Assembly (NCBI GenBank): GCA_964019425.1
Contig: OZ025803.1
Location: 620,001-684,000, forward strand
Source of the DNA: Flectonema sp. DT1601
Taxonomy: Eukaryota
DNA: 64,000 nucleotides
Direction: 5' to 3'
Below the pieces are notes generated by a model. The model saw nothing but the letters and a program-made list of their open reading frames with translations. It did no database searches and was not told where the DNA came from. Both the position numbers and the translations under genes were made by a program. Each line of letters begins with the position of its first letter. Positions within the stretch are counted from its first letter, which is position 1. This document shows, piece after piece, positions 1 through 12,200 of this stretch.

Positions 1-938
1 TCCTTTTTGCCACCTCCCTTTTTTCGGAAGGATTCCCTGCTTAGGAATTTAAATAAAAAGTTTTTTTCTCGCAACCTTTTCTTCATTCACGCCGGGTGTA
101 GTTTTTTTTTTCTTTTCTTTTTTTTCTCTGTCTCGGTTTTTTTTTTTTCCTTCTTCATCTTTAAAGCTTTTCTTCCCCAAGCGTTAGCTGTGTCGTCCGT
201 GTATAAGTAAAACGAACAGAGCCAACTCGTGTTTTTTTTTTTTTTTTTTTTTTCTTTTTTCAAAACTATCCCTCAACCGAGGAGTGCCCAAAGCACTCCT
301 TCCTTTCAATTTTTTTTTTACGAAAAGAAAAAAAAAAATACTCCTCTTTATTTAATTTCGTTCCTATCCAGGTATGTAACATGCTGTAAGGCAACGCGCA
401 ATACTTGCGCCCACGTCCTTCTTTAGCAGCAATATTCTTTTTCATTCATTATTTTCCAACGAAAAAAAAGAAAATCTAATTATAAAAAAAAAAAAAAAAA
501 AAACAAAGAAAAAAAAATGAAATTAAGAGAGACAGCCAAAGAAAAAAAAGTTAGCCAGGAAAAAGGCCGTCGTGTTCACTATTCGAGCATTTGAGAAAGT
601 TTAAAGGCATACAAAACACTGAAGTAGCCATAATCGTAGAATCGACATAATCACTCTCCTTGTTAAGAAGACCTACGAAGCGCGATTATTTGCGGATTTG
701 GTTAGTTTTTTTCCATCAAAATAAAAGTGTTTCGGGTTTGCTGGGGAAGTTATAGCACATACATGTATCACACTCGGGACCTAGAGAAACTGCTTCACAA
801 ATTCCTTTATATAGAACCAGGAAGGTTAAAGTCTCTTGGTAAGGCAACATGCACAGAACCATCACTTCATATGTAACACGATCAACAATATGAAATGACG
901 TAAAGTCTTTTACTTGACTTATCGATCAAATAATATTA

Positions 939-1448
939 TTATGCTGAACACTTAACAACCGACTGATTATCGTCTTTTGGTAACCACGTAGCCCAGGGGG
1001 AAACATGTCTCCGAATGTCTGCTTCACGAGGTTGGATGTGAAACTTTTGTGCTCTGCAGCTGTCACCACGTTGACCGTAAGTTTGTTGTGGTGAATCAGT
1101 AAATGTCGGTGGTAGTGGAGGAGATGACGGAACAGATTGCGGAGGAACATACTCACTATAACCTGCTGTAGAGCTGTACATAAGCGGTGCTTGAGAATGA
1201 TAATGTTCAGTAGGTGGGTACAACCCTTCCTGAGTTGGTGTGTACTGAGGTTGAGGAGGATACCCATTTTCATAATATCCTTCCCATCCATTCATTGCAG
1301 GTGGTGGTACTGATGACGTATCAACTCCATAACCACTATCTTCATAAAGACCTTCGTATGCATTCTCTTCATAAGATGGTTCTTGCGGAACATTTCTCCA
1401 TGTGGCCCACGGAGACACGTTGCGACGTCCACCTTTACCTCCTTTCAT
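939..1448 (-). CDS. Hypothetical Pro/Tyr/Gln-rich protein (169 aa) with two copies of an RRxVSPWATW motif
   Basis: Open frame with ATG 7 nt after an AACAG. RRNVSPWATW near the N-terminus and RRHVSPWATW near the C-terminus. Same strand as all neighbouring genes. Confidence 0.65.
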   Translation of the reverse strand: MKGGKGGRRNVSPWATWRNVPQEPSYEENAYEGLYEDSGYGVDTSSVPPPAMNGWEGYYENGYPPQPQYTPTQEGLYPPTEHYHSQAPLMYSSTAGYSEYVPPQSVPSSPPLPPTFTDSPQQTYGQRGDSCRAQKFHIQPREADIRRHVSPWATWLPKDDNQSVVKCSA

Positions 1449-2356
1449 TTTTAAACTGTTTTTGTTGGACTGAAAAGAAAAATATTTTTTGTCTGTATCA
1501 ACTCTGTTTAATTATTCTAAAGAAGTATTCATGGGAATTGAGAGCTGTTGTAAGACACCAACCGAAAATAAAAATCGTGTGAAAAATGACAGTTTGCTCA
1601 GATGGTTTTCTGCTTCTTTTTTTTTTTCTTCTGTTGTTCATTATTTTTCCCCACACCCTTTCTCTACCCCCCACCCAGGGAAATTTAATTACGGGACCCG
1701 AATAAGTCTCTGAAGCGTAAAGCAATCACAGTTTGTAGTGCAAGCGAGGCGGTTTTTTTTTTTTTTTTTTTTAAATTTAATTAGGTAATATAACACAAGT
1801 GAACATGCTCTCAGTTATAGTAAAAAAGTAAAAATTTGTGTTTTCTTTCTTTCTTTTTTTTTTTTTTGAACAGGGTGATTTTTAAAAATAAATAAATAAA
1901 AATAGTAAAGCGACGAGATAGCATGACACTGATATTTCCAATTCTTTCTTTTTTTTTTTCTTTTTTCTGTTTTTTATTTTTTTGTTAAAAATTATTCTTT
2001 TTTTTTTTTTTTTTTCTTTGTGAAACGAAACGCAGGTTTTTCTTATACGTGCTTTGGTTTGCTGTTGATTTCCCCCCCCCTCTCTCTCTCTCATCTCCCT
2101 CGATCAGGTACTAATTACCAACAAATACGTACTCAATATATTTAATTTTATGCAAAAATAAAAACACCACTAACATTACTACCATATCAACAGTAGCACT
2201 GAAGTAATTATTTTTCTTCAAAATTTGTCCAAGTATATAATTTTCATTGAAGAATTACAGGGAAACAAAAGACACAAACAGCCTAACAACCTACGAGCAA
2301 AAAAAAAAAAAAAAAAGGGGGTTTTTGGATAAATCTATAAAGGATAAAAACATATT

Positions 2357-2433
2357 ATAAATCAGATTCACGTGGAGGTAGGCCTCCACTATGTATGACA
2401 CTCAGAAGTCACAATTTGTGAATCATCATATAA
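2357..2433 (-). ncRNA. Candidate box C/D snoRNA (weak)
   Basis: Minus strand reads AUGAUGA (C box, 2429-2423), CUGA (D', 2405-2402) and CUGA (D, 2365-2362), about 68 nt from box to box, with short complementary UUAU/AUAA flanks. No rRNA target recognised. Confidence 0.25.
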
Positions 2434-2951
2434 AGACTAGTAGTGTGTAGAGAATACCTCTCTGTTTTAACTGTAATTAGTCCCGTCAACCGTCTTACAC
2501 GTTCGTGGTAATAATAAAAAGTTAAGAGAGTGACACTATTGGCGGCTTAGCGCCTTTAGCATCACAGCTCACAAAGAAAATGATTTTTTTTTTTTTTAAA
2601 AAAACTTCACACCTTTGATTAAATGTCGAAAGCGTAATTAGAACAGACAGGGTCAGAAAAGTGATAGACGAGGGAGTGATGTTTAACTGTCCGGCTGACT
2701 GAGTATTTCTTCTTTGTTTGTTTGTTTTTTTTTTCCCCTCTCTCGTTTTTTTCTTTCGTCTGCTTCCCCTTTCCCCTTTCTTTTTTTTTTTTTTAAAGAA
2801 TACCGTGGTCTTTCTCGAGCAACGAATCGAGCAAAACTTCTAATAAATAATTTATAGCACAATACTGCAACTACTCTTTCAGAAATATCAGGCAGTTCAA
2901 GTTTGACCGCCGTGCGTTGTGGTAGAACCGGTTGGATGAAGAAAGAGGGTA

Positions 2952-4352
2952 CTATTGTGCTTCTCCGTTAGGTCCCCGTCCGACTTTCCACGTTAAAACA
3001 AATATTAAGAAAACACCAGCAGCAGTACTTGCATGTTTCTTTACTGACTCGAGATACTGAAGACGAATCTCTTGCGCTTCTTTCATAACCTTCGCCTGTT
3101 CGACAGCCAGCAGCTGAGTTTCGTACTCTCGGTTGGCCTTCTTCAGGTCGTCCTCTCCCCTCTTTTGAGAAAGCATAGCAATCTCAATATCAGCTGACTC
3201 TCTCGCCTTTTTCAGTTCCACTTCCTCAGCCTGGGCTGCATTTTCACGAGCGATTGTCTCTTCTCTCAATGCATTAGCTTCCATCCATTTTCTCTGTTCC
3301 GCCTCTTCATTCTGTCTTTTGCTAAGTTGATCGTAGTAGACGAGTGCACCAAGTCCTCCAACTGCAATACCGAGCTGAAGCATTCTCCAAATAGTTTCTC
3401 TTGCTAAAGACTTCTTAGATGCTCCCGTTGTTAGTATTGTTGCACTCTCAGCGGCAGCAAGGCGTTCCTTGTGAAGAGTCCACTCATGGGATCGTTGGGA
3501 TTCTTTTTCTTTGTGGTTCTTCTGCGCGAGTTCCATTTCATGTTCGCGAAGTTCTTGAATATCTGATGAAGGTCCAAGTTGAATAGCAGAGTTGTTTTCC
3601 TGCAGTCTTTGTTTCGCTGCTGAAGCCTTTGCAGATTCCAACTCCATCGCTTGTTTGTGGAGGATTGTCTGAAGTTCAATTTGTTGAGTGTTCTCTTTTG
3701 CGCTGTGATTAGATTTAGTTTCAAGCTCATGTTTGAGGTTATCACAGACTCTTTTGTTTTCTTTTGCTTCCACAGCAATCGTCTGACGACGTTCTCTCTC
3801 GGCAACTGCCTTCCATTTCTGATGCCTCCAATTGGCACCCCTGATTTCCTTTTCAGCGTCAATCTTTCTTCGTAAGATTTCAACTTGGTGAGAGTGCTTT
3901 GTGACGGCGATCTCTTCATCCGCTTCCCGTTTCGCGCGAATCTCTTCGACCTTTGAATCACTCTTTATCTTCGCCACTTCAACATCAGCAGCAGTCTGCT
4001 CCTTAAACTTTTGTAAATCATGTTTCTTACTTAATTGTTCCATGTCTCGCATGTGTGAAAGAAACTCTCTTTGCTGTTCAGGTGGGAGCAAAGAGCACTC
4101 GTAGGCGGCACGCATGTCTTTCTTCATTAAGGAAGCCATCACAGATGACAGAACTCCACCTCTTTTATCGGAAGAGTCATCAGATTTCTTCTCAGCTAGT
4201 GATGTTGTTGTTGTGGTTGTTGGCTGCTTTGTTGGTGGTGGTGACTGTGGTGGTGGTGTCTGCGGTGGTGTTGACTTCACATTTGACCCACCCTCCGAAG
4301 AAGCTCCAGGCCCTCCTGATGCGTACCTAATACAGACTCTCCACGGCTTCAT
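2952..4352 (-). CDS. Hypothetical coiled-coil protein with two hydrophobic segments, possibly mitochondrial membrane
   Basis: 466-aa ORF. Arg-containing N-terminus (MKPWRVCIRYAS), long E/K/Q-rich helical region, hydrophobic stretches MLQLGIAVGGLGALVYY and AAGVFLIFVLTW. Confidence 0.75.
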   Translation of the reverse strand: MKPWRVCIRYASGGPGASSEGGSNVKSTPPQTPPPQSPPPTKQPTTTTTTSLAEKKSDDSSDKRGGVLSSVMASLMKKDMRAAYECSLLPPEQQREFLSHMRDMEQLSKKHDLQKFKEQTAADVEVAKIKSDSKVEEIRAKREADEEIAVTKHSHQVEILRRKIDAEKEIRGANWRHQKWKAVAERERRQTIAVEAKENKRVCDNLKHELETKSNHSAKENTQQIELQTILHKQAMELESAKASAAKQRLQENNSAIQLGPSSDIQELREHEMELAQKNHKEKESQRSHEWTLHKERLAAAESATILTTGASKKSLARETIWRMLQLGIAVGGLGALVYYDQLSKRQNEEAEQRKWMEANALREETIARENAAQAEEVELKKARESADIEIAMLSQKRGEDDLKKANREYETQLLAVEQAKVMKEAQEIRLQYLESVKKHASTAAGVFLIFVLTWKVGRGPNGEAQ

Positions 4353-5134
4353 ATGTTTTGTTTTCTTGTTTCTGTAATGAATAATAATGAAAAAAGATGA
4401 AAACTAGTTAACTCCAGTTCTTATCCCTTTTGAGTTCTTTCCCAATCATCATTAGTTGTCTTAATAAAGATTCATAACAACAATAACAACAATAATAATA
4501 ATAAAGTCAAAGACTTGGGTATTGCCGATCGTTTTCACTGAAAAATCGATGCGTTCTGAATGAATATCAACCCTCTTAACTAAAAAACTCAAAAAATGAA
4601 ACTAAACTAAATGAAGCCAAGATAACAATTGATTGATTTCTAGAAGTGTTTTTTTTTTTTTTTTTTTTTTTCCCCCTCTCTCTTCTCCTTTCGTTATTTT
4701 TTTTCCTATCACGCACGAGGTTTTTTTTTTTAAAAAAACAGTAAAAGAAGTCGCTTATAGCGACCCATCAAAAACAAGACTTCAGAATCCATCGCTGGAA
4801 CCTCGAGGCCTACTGCTCAAAGAACAAGATGCATCAAATAGGAAAGAATTATAATTACTTAACAAATAGCCTCAACAAAAAAGAAATACTCGTCTAAAAG
4901 GGATTAACTATTTGAGTATACTTAAAATGGTTATCAATATATGCATTGTATCAAAGTTAAAGGGCAAGAGTGTATTTTACCCAAATATAAATAATATGCT
5001 AGCTGATGATGTCAGTATGCTCAATCTAAGGTTTAGAACCTGAAATATTTGAGGGAAAGAAGAAGAACCGAAAATAATGATAATTGACTGAAAAGGTAGT
5101 TTTTTTTTTTCTTTTTAAGCAAACGGAAAATCTG

Positions 5135-5165
<31 letters not shown>

Positions 5166-5590
5166 AGCAAAAATGTTGCTATTTGGTCACGCTAACTTAA
5201 AAATAAAAAAAAAAAACAACCACATTGAAATCCTTTTAAGTGGATCAGTAAACACATGCTAAACTAAAGCACGTATTGAAAATGTATTCTTTGTGAGGAA
5301 TATTCCCCGCAGGTATTCTCTAGTGATTGCCCACACTGGGTCACTTGTCTCCCAAAGAAAAGAAATTTATCTTTTGTAAGCTGGTTTTGCAAGTATGCTG
5401 AACGGAATTAAACATCCTTTCTTTAGGATATTCACAATCGTACTCAACACACCTTCAGACTACAGAACAAATCAGAATAAGTACACAACTGTGAAATAGT
5501 TGAAGTAACTGGGGAGGGTACATTCAGTGAATGAACAAATAATACCAAAACTTAAATATAAAAACATAAATACTAAAACAACATCATCAT

Positions 5591-8500
5591 TTACTTAATA
5601 TAAGGCGAGTTTATAAAAAGATTTGACGACAACATAGGAGGAGGTACGACTTGTGAAGAATACCTCTTTCTAGGAGATATTTGCCGTTCAGCCTTTATGT
5701 GTGAACGGATTTGAGAATCAGACAGCCTACGCCAAGGATCATTTGGAGGAGAAGGCTGATTCTCCCTCCGATGCTTAGGAGGTACCCGAGAAGGAAACAT
5801 AGATATTTTCTCCCGTCTATGAATACCAACATATATCGTATCCCTGCCGAGTATTTCTCCAATTTTAGAAATCTCAAGTAAGGCGCTGCTGCGCAACTTA
5901 TACAACTTTGCGATAAACTTATCCGCTTCATCAAGTACGAATATATTAATGAGTTCATCCCTCAGAATATTTAAAGAGTTCGCATATATACAAACTGATC
6001 TCGGATCTGTGTTTGTAACATGATTAGTAAAGACCAAGAGATTGTAGCGACGATCACCTATTTGTGAAGTTGGAGACTTTACTCTATTGTGTCTCGGACT
6101 TGTAAGAGTCTGATTTAGTTCAGCAGGTGCTTCTATTACTTCAGGACTGTAGTCTTCACAGCAGTATAATAAAATACAATCAGAATTCTTAAGGTCAGAT
6201 ATGTCCTCTATGTCATGCGCACCAAACTCATCAACTTTCTGAAACGACGTAATTTTTAATCGAATTACTTTATTCGTTTTATTTATGTAATTGTCTGTTA
6301 TTTTAGTCAAAACAGCCTTTCTCAGTTGTGTTAAATTCGTCATAGTATTCCCATCTCCAAAGCGAATCTCCGTAACGGAACAGTCAAGAGAAGACTCTCC
6401 AGTAGATTGTGTAGTTTTTATATTACATACAACCTGAATAGTCTGAAGCGCCCTGTTCTTTATTGTGATTGGTAATCCTCTCTTACTGGGTAATGCTGAT
6501 GGTGAAAGAGATGATGTAGAAGTAGTACAATCATCACTCGTATCTAACGGGTCTGAGGCTGCGTCTTCTGGTGGAGGCACAACTTTATATTTATCCGATA
6601 CTTTAGTAAAAACCTTACAACGTGAACCAGGAGGTGACGGCACTGCAGCTGCTTCTGGAGACAGTAAGAATGATGGATGCCTAACGGGACTTTTTGAAGC
6701 TAAAAATGAACTTTTCTTTATTATTCCATTCCCATGTCCATTCCCATGTTGTAATAAATCTCTATCACCTGATCCCTTCGTTTCCTTTGCCACAGGAGTA
6801 ATTGGAAGAGATTGTGTTCCACGCTTAAAATCATCGTTTACTGTTCTTCGTTGCTGAGGCGAGGCAGATTTCGATGCGGAACGATACCTCCCAATACTAC
6901 CATCAGCTGATACAATCCCATGACGTGATGACCTCGGAGAGATAGTAATCGGTGGAGGAGGTTTGTGTTGTCCTTTACTCTTTTTCATAACGTCGTTGAG
7001 TTTTCGTTGAAGTCGGTCAGGACCAGACTGACGTTCTTTAAATAAAAGACCTAACCTACCAACAAGACTTGATGCTCTCTGAACCTTTTTTAAAATAGTA
7101 TCAGTTTCAGCTTCTGATTCCAAAGATTCCTGAGCTAACACAACAGATGGCTCGCTACTGCATCCAATTGAGGACTCCTCTTCTGGAAGAGCAGTTGGAG
7201 TCACTGATGGACTTGAGTCTGTATTTGCAAGTTTCTTCTTCTTTTGTAACGATTCCATTCTTTTAATTAGTAATGCTCTGCTATTTCCTCTCAACAGTTT
7301 CCCAGAGTGTGTAGCAGGAGTCGGATACAATGCTGGGCTCTCATGACTTACGACTATTTCACTCAACGGGTCGTTGATTAAAGATTTTGTATCTGCTTGA
7401 ATTTGAGAGAGCAAATGGTATTTTTTTAAAATTGAAATAAAAACCCGTTGGTCAACACACCAGGTTTCACAAGCTGTGAATGCCGATACCGCGTGTGTCC
7501 AACGGTGTTCTATTGAACATGTAAATCCGAGTGCCTCTTCCAATGTGATGGTCTTACTAAAAGATCCAACTCTGCCATGAACAACTGCTTGGCCTTTGGT
7601 AACAAAAAGGAGAGTGTCGCATTGAGTTGCTGCCGAAACAATTATTTCTGGAGGAGTAAAAACTCTCGGTCGTAATGCTCGTACTAAGTCTGAAACGAAT
7701 TGATCACTTCTTGCTGATATGTACTCAGACACAATTGGGATCCTTTTAACGAGTTCTCTCATCTTTTCTCTGTGTGTTTGAGTGTTTCCCTCCGCAAGCA
7801 GTCGTTTCACTTTACAAAGATCAGCTGCTCTTCTAACTTTTATTTTAATAGCATTGTCAAGTAGGAGGAGTTGAAAGTCTGATTCTGTCAGGACCCAAAC
7901 ATCAACGTGTGTTGCGGCTTTTACTTCGAAGATGCTTCGTTCACAAATGTATAGATCTAATGAATTTATTGATATCGGAGTTCTTTGAACTGTTTTAGTA
8001 GTTGGACTCGAGAATTCAAGTATCCCATTACATATAAAGAACATTTCACGACTACGATGACCACGAGGGATAATAACATCACCAGCTTTGTAACACCTTG
8101 GACCAAGACGAGAAATCACGTGATCACATTGCTCCATGTCTAAGTCTCCAAATAATTCAGTTTCAGTTACGGTACTAAAACTCATCGGATACCTCTCTGG
8201 TAAACATAATAGTCGTCTTCTAAATCCAATTTGATACATCTTTTTATAAATATTAGAATCAATATTTCTAATATCCTCAGTCATCTTTGAATACACTTCA
8301 TGAGGAACAGCTAACCAGGTACACTGCTGTAAAGATACAACACTATAACCTAAACAGTCACCCGTAAACATTGAGTAGTCGTTAAACACGCAAGGTGCTA
8401 CTATACGATCATGAATATGAGCTCCTTTAGATAAGGATATTGATTTGCTGGTGTCAGATCCTTTTTTTATCAGATTTACAGAACCTTTTAAGAGGACAAA

Positions 8501-8938
8501 AACACCACTGCGACATGACTCTCCTTGGTGAAGTACTACTTCAGGGTGATTTGATATTTGAACAACACTTCCTCCAATTAAAGAACTGATCTGTTCGATC
8601 GGCCAAACCTGAAACAGTTTTGACGATTGTAGGGCGTTTTCAGCAATTCGTATCATTGAAGGATCGATGTCTCTTACGATTTTCTTCTTTCTAAACCATC
8701 GTCGTATCACTGGTACTAACAGGCTTGCTAGTTTAGCAACGACGAGGCTTTTAAACTCTTTCTTCATTTCAAGAGGAACGTCCTCATCATAAACCTGACT
8801 AAGTGATAAGTCTCCTATTCCTCCTTCTCTTAGTGTTAATCCTAAATGAGGAGACTCGCTGATGTCGTTGTACATCTCTTGCTCAATCCAATCTCCAGGA
8901 AGTGATTCTGAAGAATCGGGTGATACTGAACGAGTCAT
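5591..8938 (-). CDS. Cyclic-nucleotide-binding (cNMP) domain protein, about three degenerate cNMP domains
   Basis: 1115-aa ORF with three cNMP-like beta-barrel patterns (VVLHQGES..GVFVLLKGSV; YKAGDVIIPRGHRSREMFFICNGIL; FTPPEIIVSAATQCDTLLFVTKGQA), followed by a Ser/Pro-rich region. Confidence 0.75.
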   Translation of the reverse strand: MTRSVSPDSSESLPGDWIEQEMYNDISESPHLGLTLREGGIGDLSLSQVYDEDVPLEMKKEFKSLVVAKLASLLVPVIRRWFRKKKIVRDIDPSMIRIAENALQSSKLFQVWPIEQISSLIGGSVVQISNHPEVVLHQGESCRSGVFVLLKGSVNLIKKGSDTSKSISLSKGAHIHDRIVAPCVFNDYSMFTGDCLGYSVVSLQQCTWLAVPHEVYSKMTEDIRNIDSNIYKKMYQIGFRRRLLCLPERYPMSFSTVTETELFGDLDMEQCDHVISRLGPRCYKAGDVIIPRGHRSREMFFICNGILEFSSPTTKTVQRTPISINSLDLYICERSIFEVKAATHVDVWVLTESDFQLLLLDNAIKIKVRRAADLCKVKRLLAEGNTQTHREKMRELVKRIPIVSEYISARSDQFVSDLVRALRPRVFTPPEIIVSAATQCDTLLFVTKGQAVVHGRVGSFSKTITLEEALGFTCSIEHRWTHAVSAFTACETWCVDQRVFISILKKYHLLSQIQADTKSLINDPLSEIVVSHESPALYPTPATHSGKLLRGNSRALLIKRMESLQKKKKLANTDSSPSVTPTALPEEESSIGCSSEPSVVLAQESLESEAETDTILKKVQRASSLVGRLGLLFKERQSGPDRLQRKLNDVMKKSKGQHKPPPPITISPRSSRHGIVSADGSIGRYRSASKSASPQQRRTVNDDFKRGTQSLPITPVAKETKGSGDRDLLQHGNGHGNGIIKKSSFLASKSPVRHPSFLLSPEAAAVPSPPGSRCKVFTKVSDKYKVVPPPEDAASDPLDTSDDCTTSTSSLSPSALPSKRGLPITIKNRALQTIQVVCNIKTTQSTGESSLDCSVTEIRFGDGNTMTNLTQLRKAVLTKITDNYINKTNKVIRLKITSFQKVDEFGAHDIEDISDLKNSDCILLYCCEDYSPEVIEAPAELNQTLTSPRHNRVKSPTSQIGDRRYNLLVFTNHVTNTDPRSVCIYANSLNILRDELINIFVLDEADKFIAKLYKLRSSALLEISKIGEILGRDTIYVGIHRREKISMFPSRVPPKHRRENQPSPPNDPWRRLSDSQIRSHIKAERQISPRKRYSSQVVPPPMLSSNLFINSPYIK

Positions 8939-9286
8939 TTTATTGTTTTGTTTTTTGTTGTTTATCAGTGTGTCAGTTTTGCATATTTTCTTTTACTGTA
9001 GGGTCACCTATGTGTGAGAATTGTTAATTATATAAATTTTTTTTTTTTATCTTCCCTAAAACCATTCACACAATACTTCAAACGGAACGCTTTAAAGAAG
9101 TGATTTTTGCTGGTCAAAAGACCCACACTGACACTGACAACTATAAGAAATTGTGCTTTTCCAAACATAACAACAGCACACTTTAAGTAAATTTTTGAAC
9201 CATATCTTCGAAAGAAGAGAGTCACGTAGACGCGACGCTCATCACAAGAACAGCTGTTATTGCATAATACCACATCATTACAATAA

Positions 9287-12200
9287 TTATATATTTTGAA
9301 TTCCGGCAAAATTACTTTCGAGAGATAAGAGAAGTTTTCCGTGAATCATTTTATTCTGTTTTTTTGGAGTGTTTTGTTTTTGTTGTCTTAACTCTTTTTA
9401 AACACTACTACTTTTTTTTTAAGAAAAAAAAAAAAAAAAACAACCAACAAACCTGATTTAAATATCTAACTAAGTATCGTAGAAGTTGAGTGTTGGAAGC
9501 TAAAGCGCCCATAAGAATCTGTTGGTGTTGTTGTTATATTGTATTTACATCAAGTGTTTCTATAAGAAATATACAAAAAAAAAGGCATACCTTCTCTGGA
9601 AGTAACAGCAATGTGTCTAAAGTTTTTGGCTGATGATCAGTAATGAGTTTAAGAAGACCTCTCCATAATATCTGTTTTATGTTTTATTAATATGATCACT
9701 TTTTTTTTTTATTTCACAATAAAAAAAAAAAAAAAAAAAAAAAGAAGAATAAAAAAAACAACAACAAACCTTATCCTCAAGATCCCAAATTAATTTCTGA
9801 TAAAGATGAGGAACAATACTACTCAGTATGTACGACAAAAGATTCGGATGACTATGAACTGCTTGAAGTACTGTTCTCATGAAGACTATCGGAATAGGAT
9901 CTAATGTAATGAGTTGTTGAAGTGACTGAGCAACTTCTTGATCTGTGAACAAGTGTTTGAGGTCAAGAAGACAACAATCAAGTGCTATAACGATATGTTT
10001 AATCACAATATCATTCTCACCCGGAACCAATTGATGTAAATATAACAAAACAGCTCCAGGATTGAGACCAATTCCTTTTGAGTAATGCATTGGAAGTGGT
10101 GTAATCGCTTCATGAATTGCGTACCTTACATGTTCTGGTCGACACTTCTTTATAACACCAGGTAAGATGCGTGATACAATTTCATCCTTTGGTGTTAACG
10201 ATAATTGAGCTATTAAGTATCTAATGTCACCATCAGATTCGTACATCATTTTAGCAACATTCTGAACTGTTAATAGCTCATCACTAATAAGATCTACTTC
10301 TTCTTGAGAGATGTCCTTGCTGTTTTGTAATTCATTTCTCAGTTCTTTAATCATCGTTTGAAGAACGTGTAATGACAAAACACTTGCTGGTCTTTCCTTT
10401 ACAAGTCTCATTGCTTCATCGACACCCATCTTAAGAAGTAATTTAGTGAGATATTCATGTCGGAATATGGTCGCAAGACCCTCATTTATTTCTTTATCAT
10501 CACGCTTCTTGTCCGCAGCAAGACGCTTCATGTGTTCGTCTACTAAATCGAACAGGTAATCTAATAAAGACATATCAGAACAACACAGCGATAGAAATAA
10601 CGTGACTGCTCCTTGAAGTCCTGCGGTACTAGATGGGTCTGATGATTGTAGAAGGTCTATTATTTGTTTTTTTATATATGAAATAGTCTTGTCGAAGATA
10701 GTTGGATGATTAGGAAGGATATCATGAATTAGAATATTAATCGAAATCGATCTCAGGAGCTCGTCTGCCGGAGCTGTACAATATACCAATAGCTGTTTCA
10801 ATGACCTGTCAGCGCAGGCAGGTCTGTTTAGAAGGACGGCTGCTATGCCGTTGACTCCCGCCCATATTAAAAGTTCATCTCCGCTTTTACAAAACTCCGC
10901 TTCTACAGAGTTCCAAATATCAGTTGGAATGGCTGGGCAGGTGACGAGAAGTTCGCTGAGAAATGTTGTTGCTTCTCTCCCGTGATAGTCTTTCTCATCT
11001 TGTGGTTCCAGCAGAAGTGTTGGACCTAATCCTTTTAGTAATTTATTAAAAGCAGTCACATAAGCAGAGTTTGTGTCACATTCTGAAAAAGTAAATTTCT
11101 TATCACTCTTTGTCTTAGTCGGTGATGTGAAAGACTCATCCCGAGAATCAAAATCAGGCTGAAGTAGAATCGGATCATCTTTCAGTTGAAATGGAGCGAG
11201 GGTTGCGTAGTATGAATAGAGATATTGAAGAGCTGAGTTGAGTGTTAGTGAGAACGTCTGTTTTGGTCTGCAGACCTCTTCCAGAACGATGTCACTAAGA
11301 GACGATGAGATACCGGAGTCACTTTGAGTGATCTGAGCAGAAAAGCGAGTCAGTAAAGCAATACTGTGATACGCTGGTCCAACTCCTTCTTGACTGACAA
11401 ACCGACATGAATCTGCGAGGGCAGTAAACGCCGCGTGAAGGGTTTCGTCTTTCATATTTCTAAGCGCATCACGTCCAGCATGAAGCGCCTGTTCCTTCCT
11501 TTCAGCATGATGTAATAATTTAGTAACAGGAACATCTCCATCTTCTTCTGCAGTTGCAGCTGTTTGCGCAGCTGCTTTCTTAAATGCTTCCAATTCAACG
11601 AGCTGCAGTTTTCTCGCAGCATCAATTTGATTTTGTTCCAATCCCTGTAAATGCTGTTGACCAATTGTTTCCCATGGTTCTAAAGCTTTAAGACCTTCTA
11701 ATATAATACTATTTACTTCACTTCTCGTTAGCAATCCTTTCTCTGGAATACGAAGGTCGAATCGAGGAACTTCCTTTTCTTTTCTTTGAATGATAAGTTG
11801 GACTGAAATAGAGGCGTGCGGATGACTTTTTGCCGCTTCAAACGCCTGCTGAATCTCAGACTTTGTGCTTTGAGGACAAGATGTTGTGTTGAATGCAGCT
11901 TTAAGGATATTATAAAAGCGGTTCAGAGTAGTGCTAATTCTCAGAGCTTGTGGACAGTAGTCAGCGTCAGTTGAAACTTCAACAAGTGAGAGAACAGTCT
12001 TTGTGACTTTAGGTTGTAAATTACGTCTCGTTACCCCAATACATGTTAAATGATTACAAATGGTCTCGCAAATAGCTGAAGACAAACTGCCACTTGAAAT
12101 CGCTGCCAACACAACATCGAAGTACAATTCGGAAATAGAACTTTGAAAGCTTTCCGTAAAGTCTCCTAAACAAGGTTTGTCTAATGAATGTCTGGCACCA

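Noticed and set aside
7..426. Short Phe- or Lys-rich ORFs here and in other spacers (for example 1882-2094, 20096-20772, 21622-22664, 55316-55954)
   Set aside because: Translations of poly-T/poly-A tracts with no coding features.
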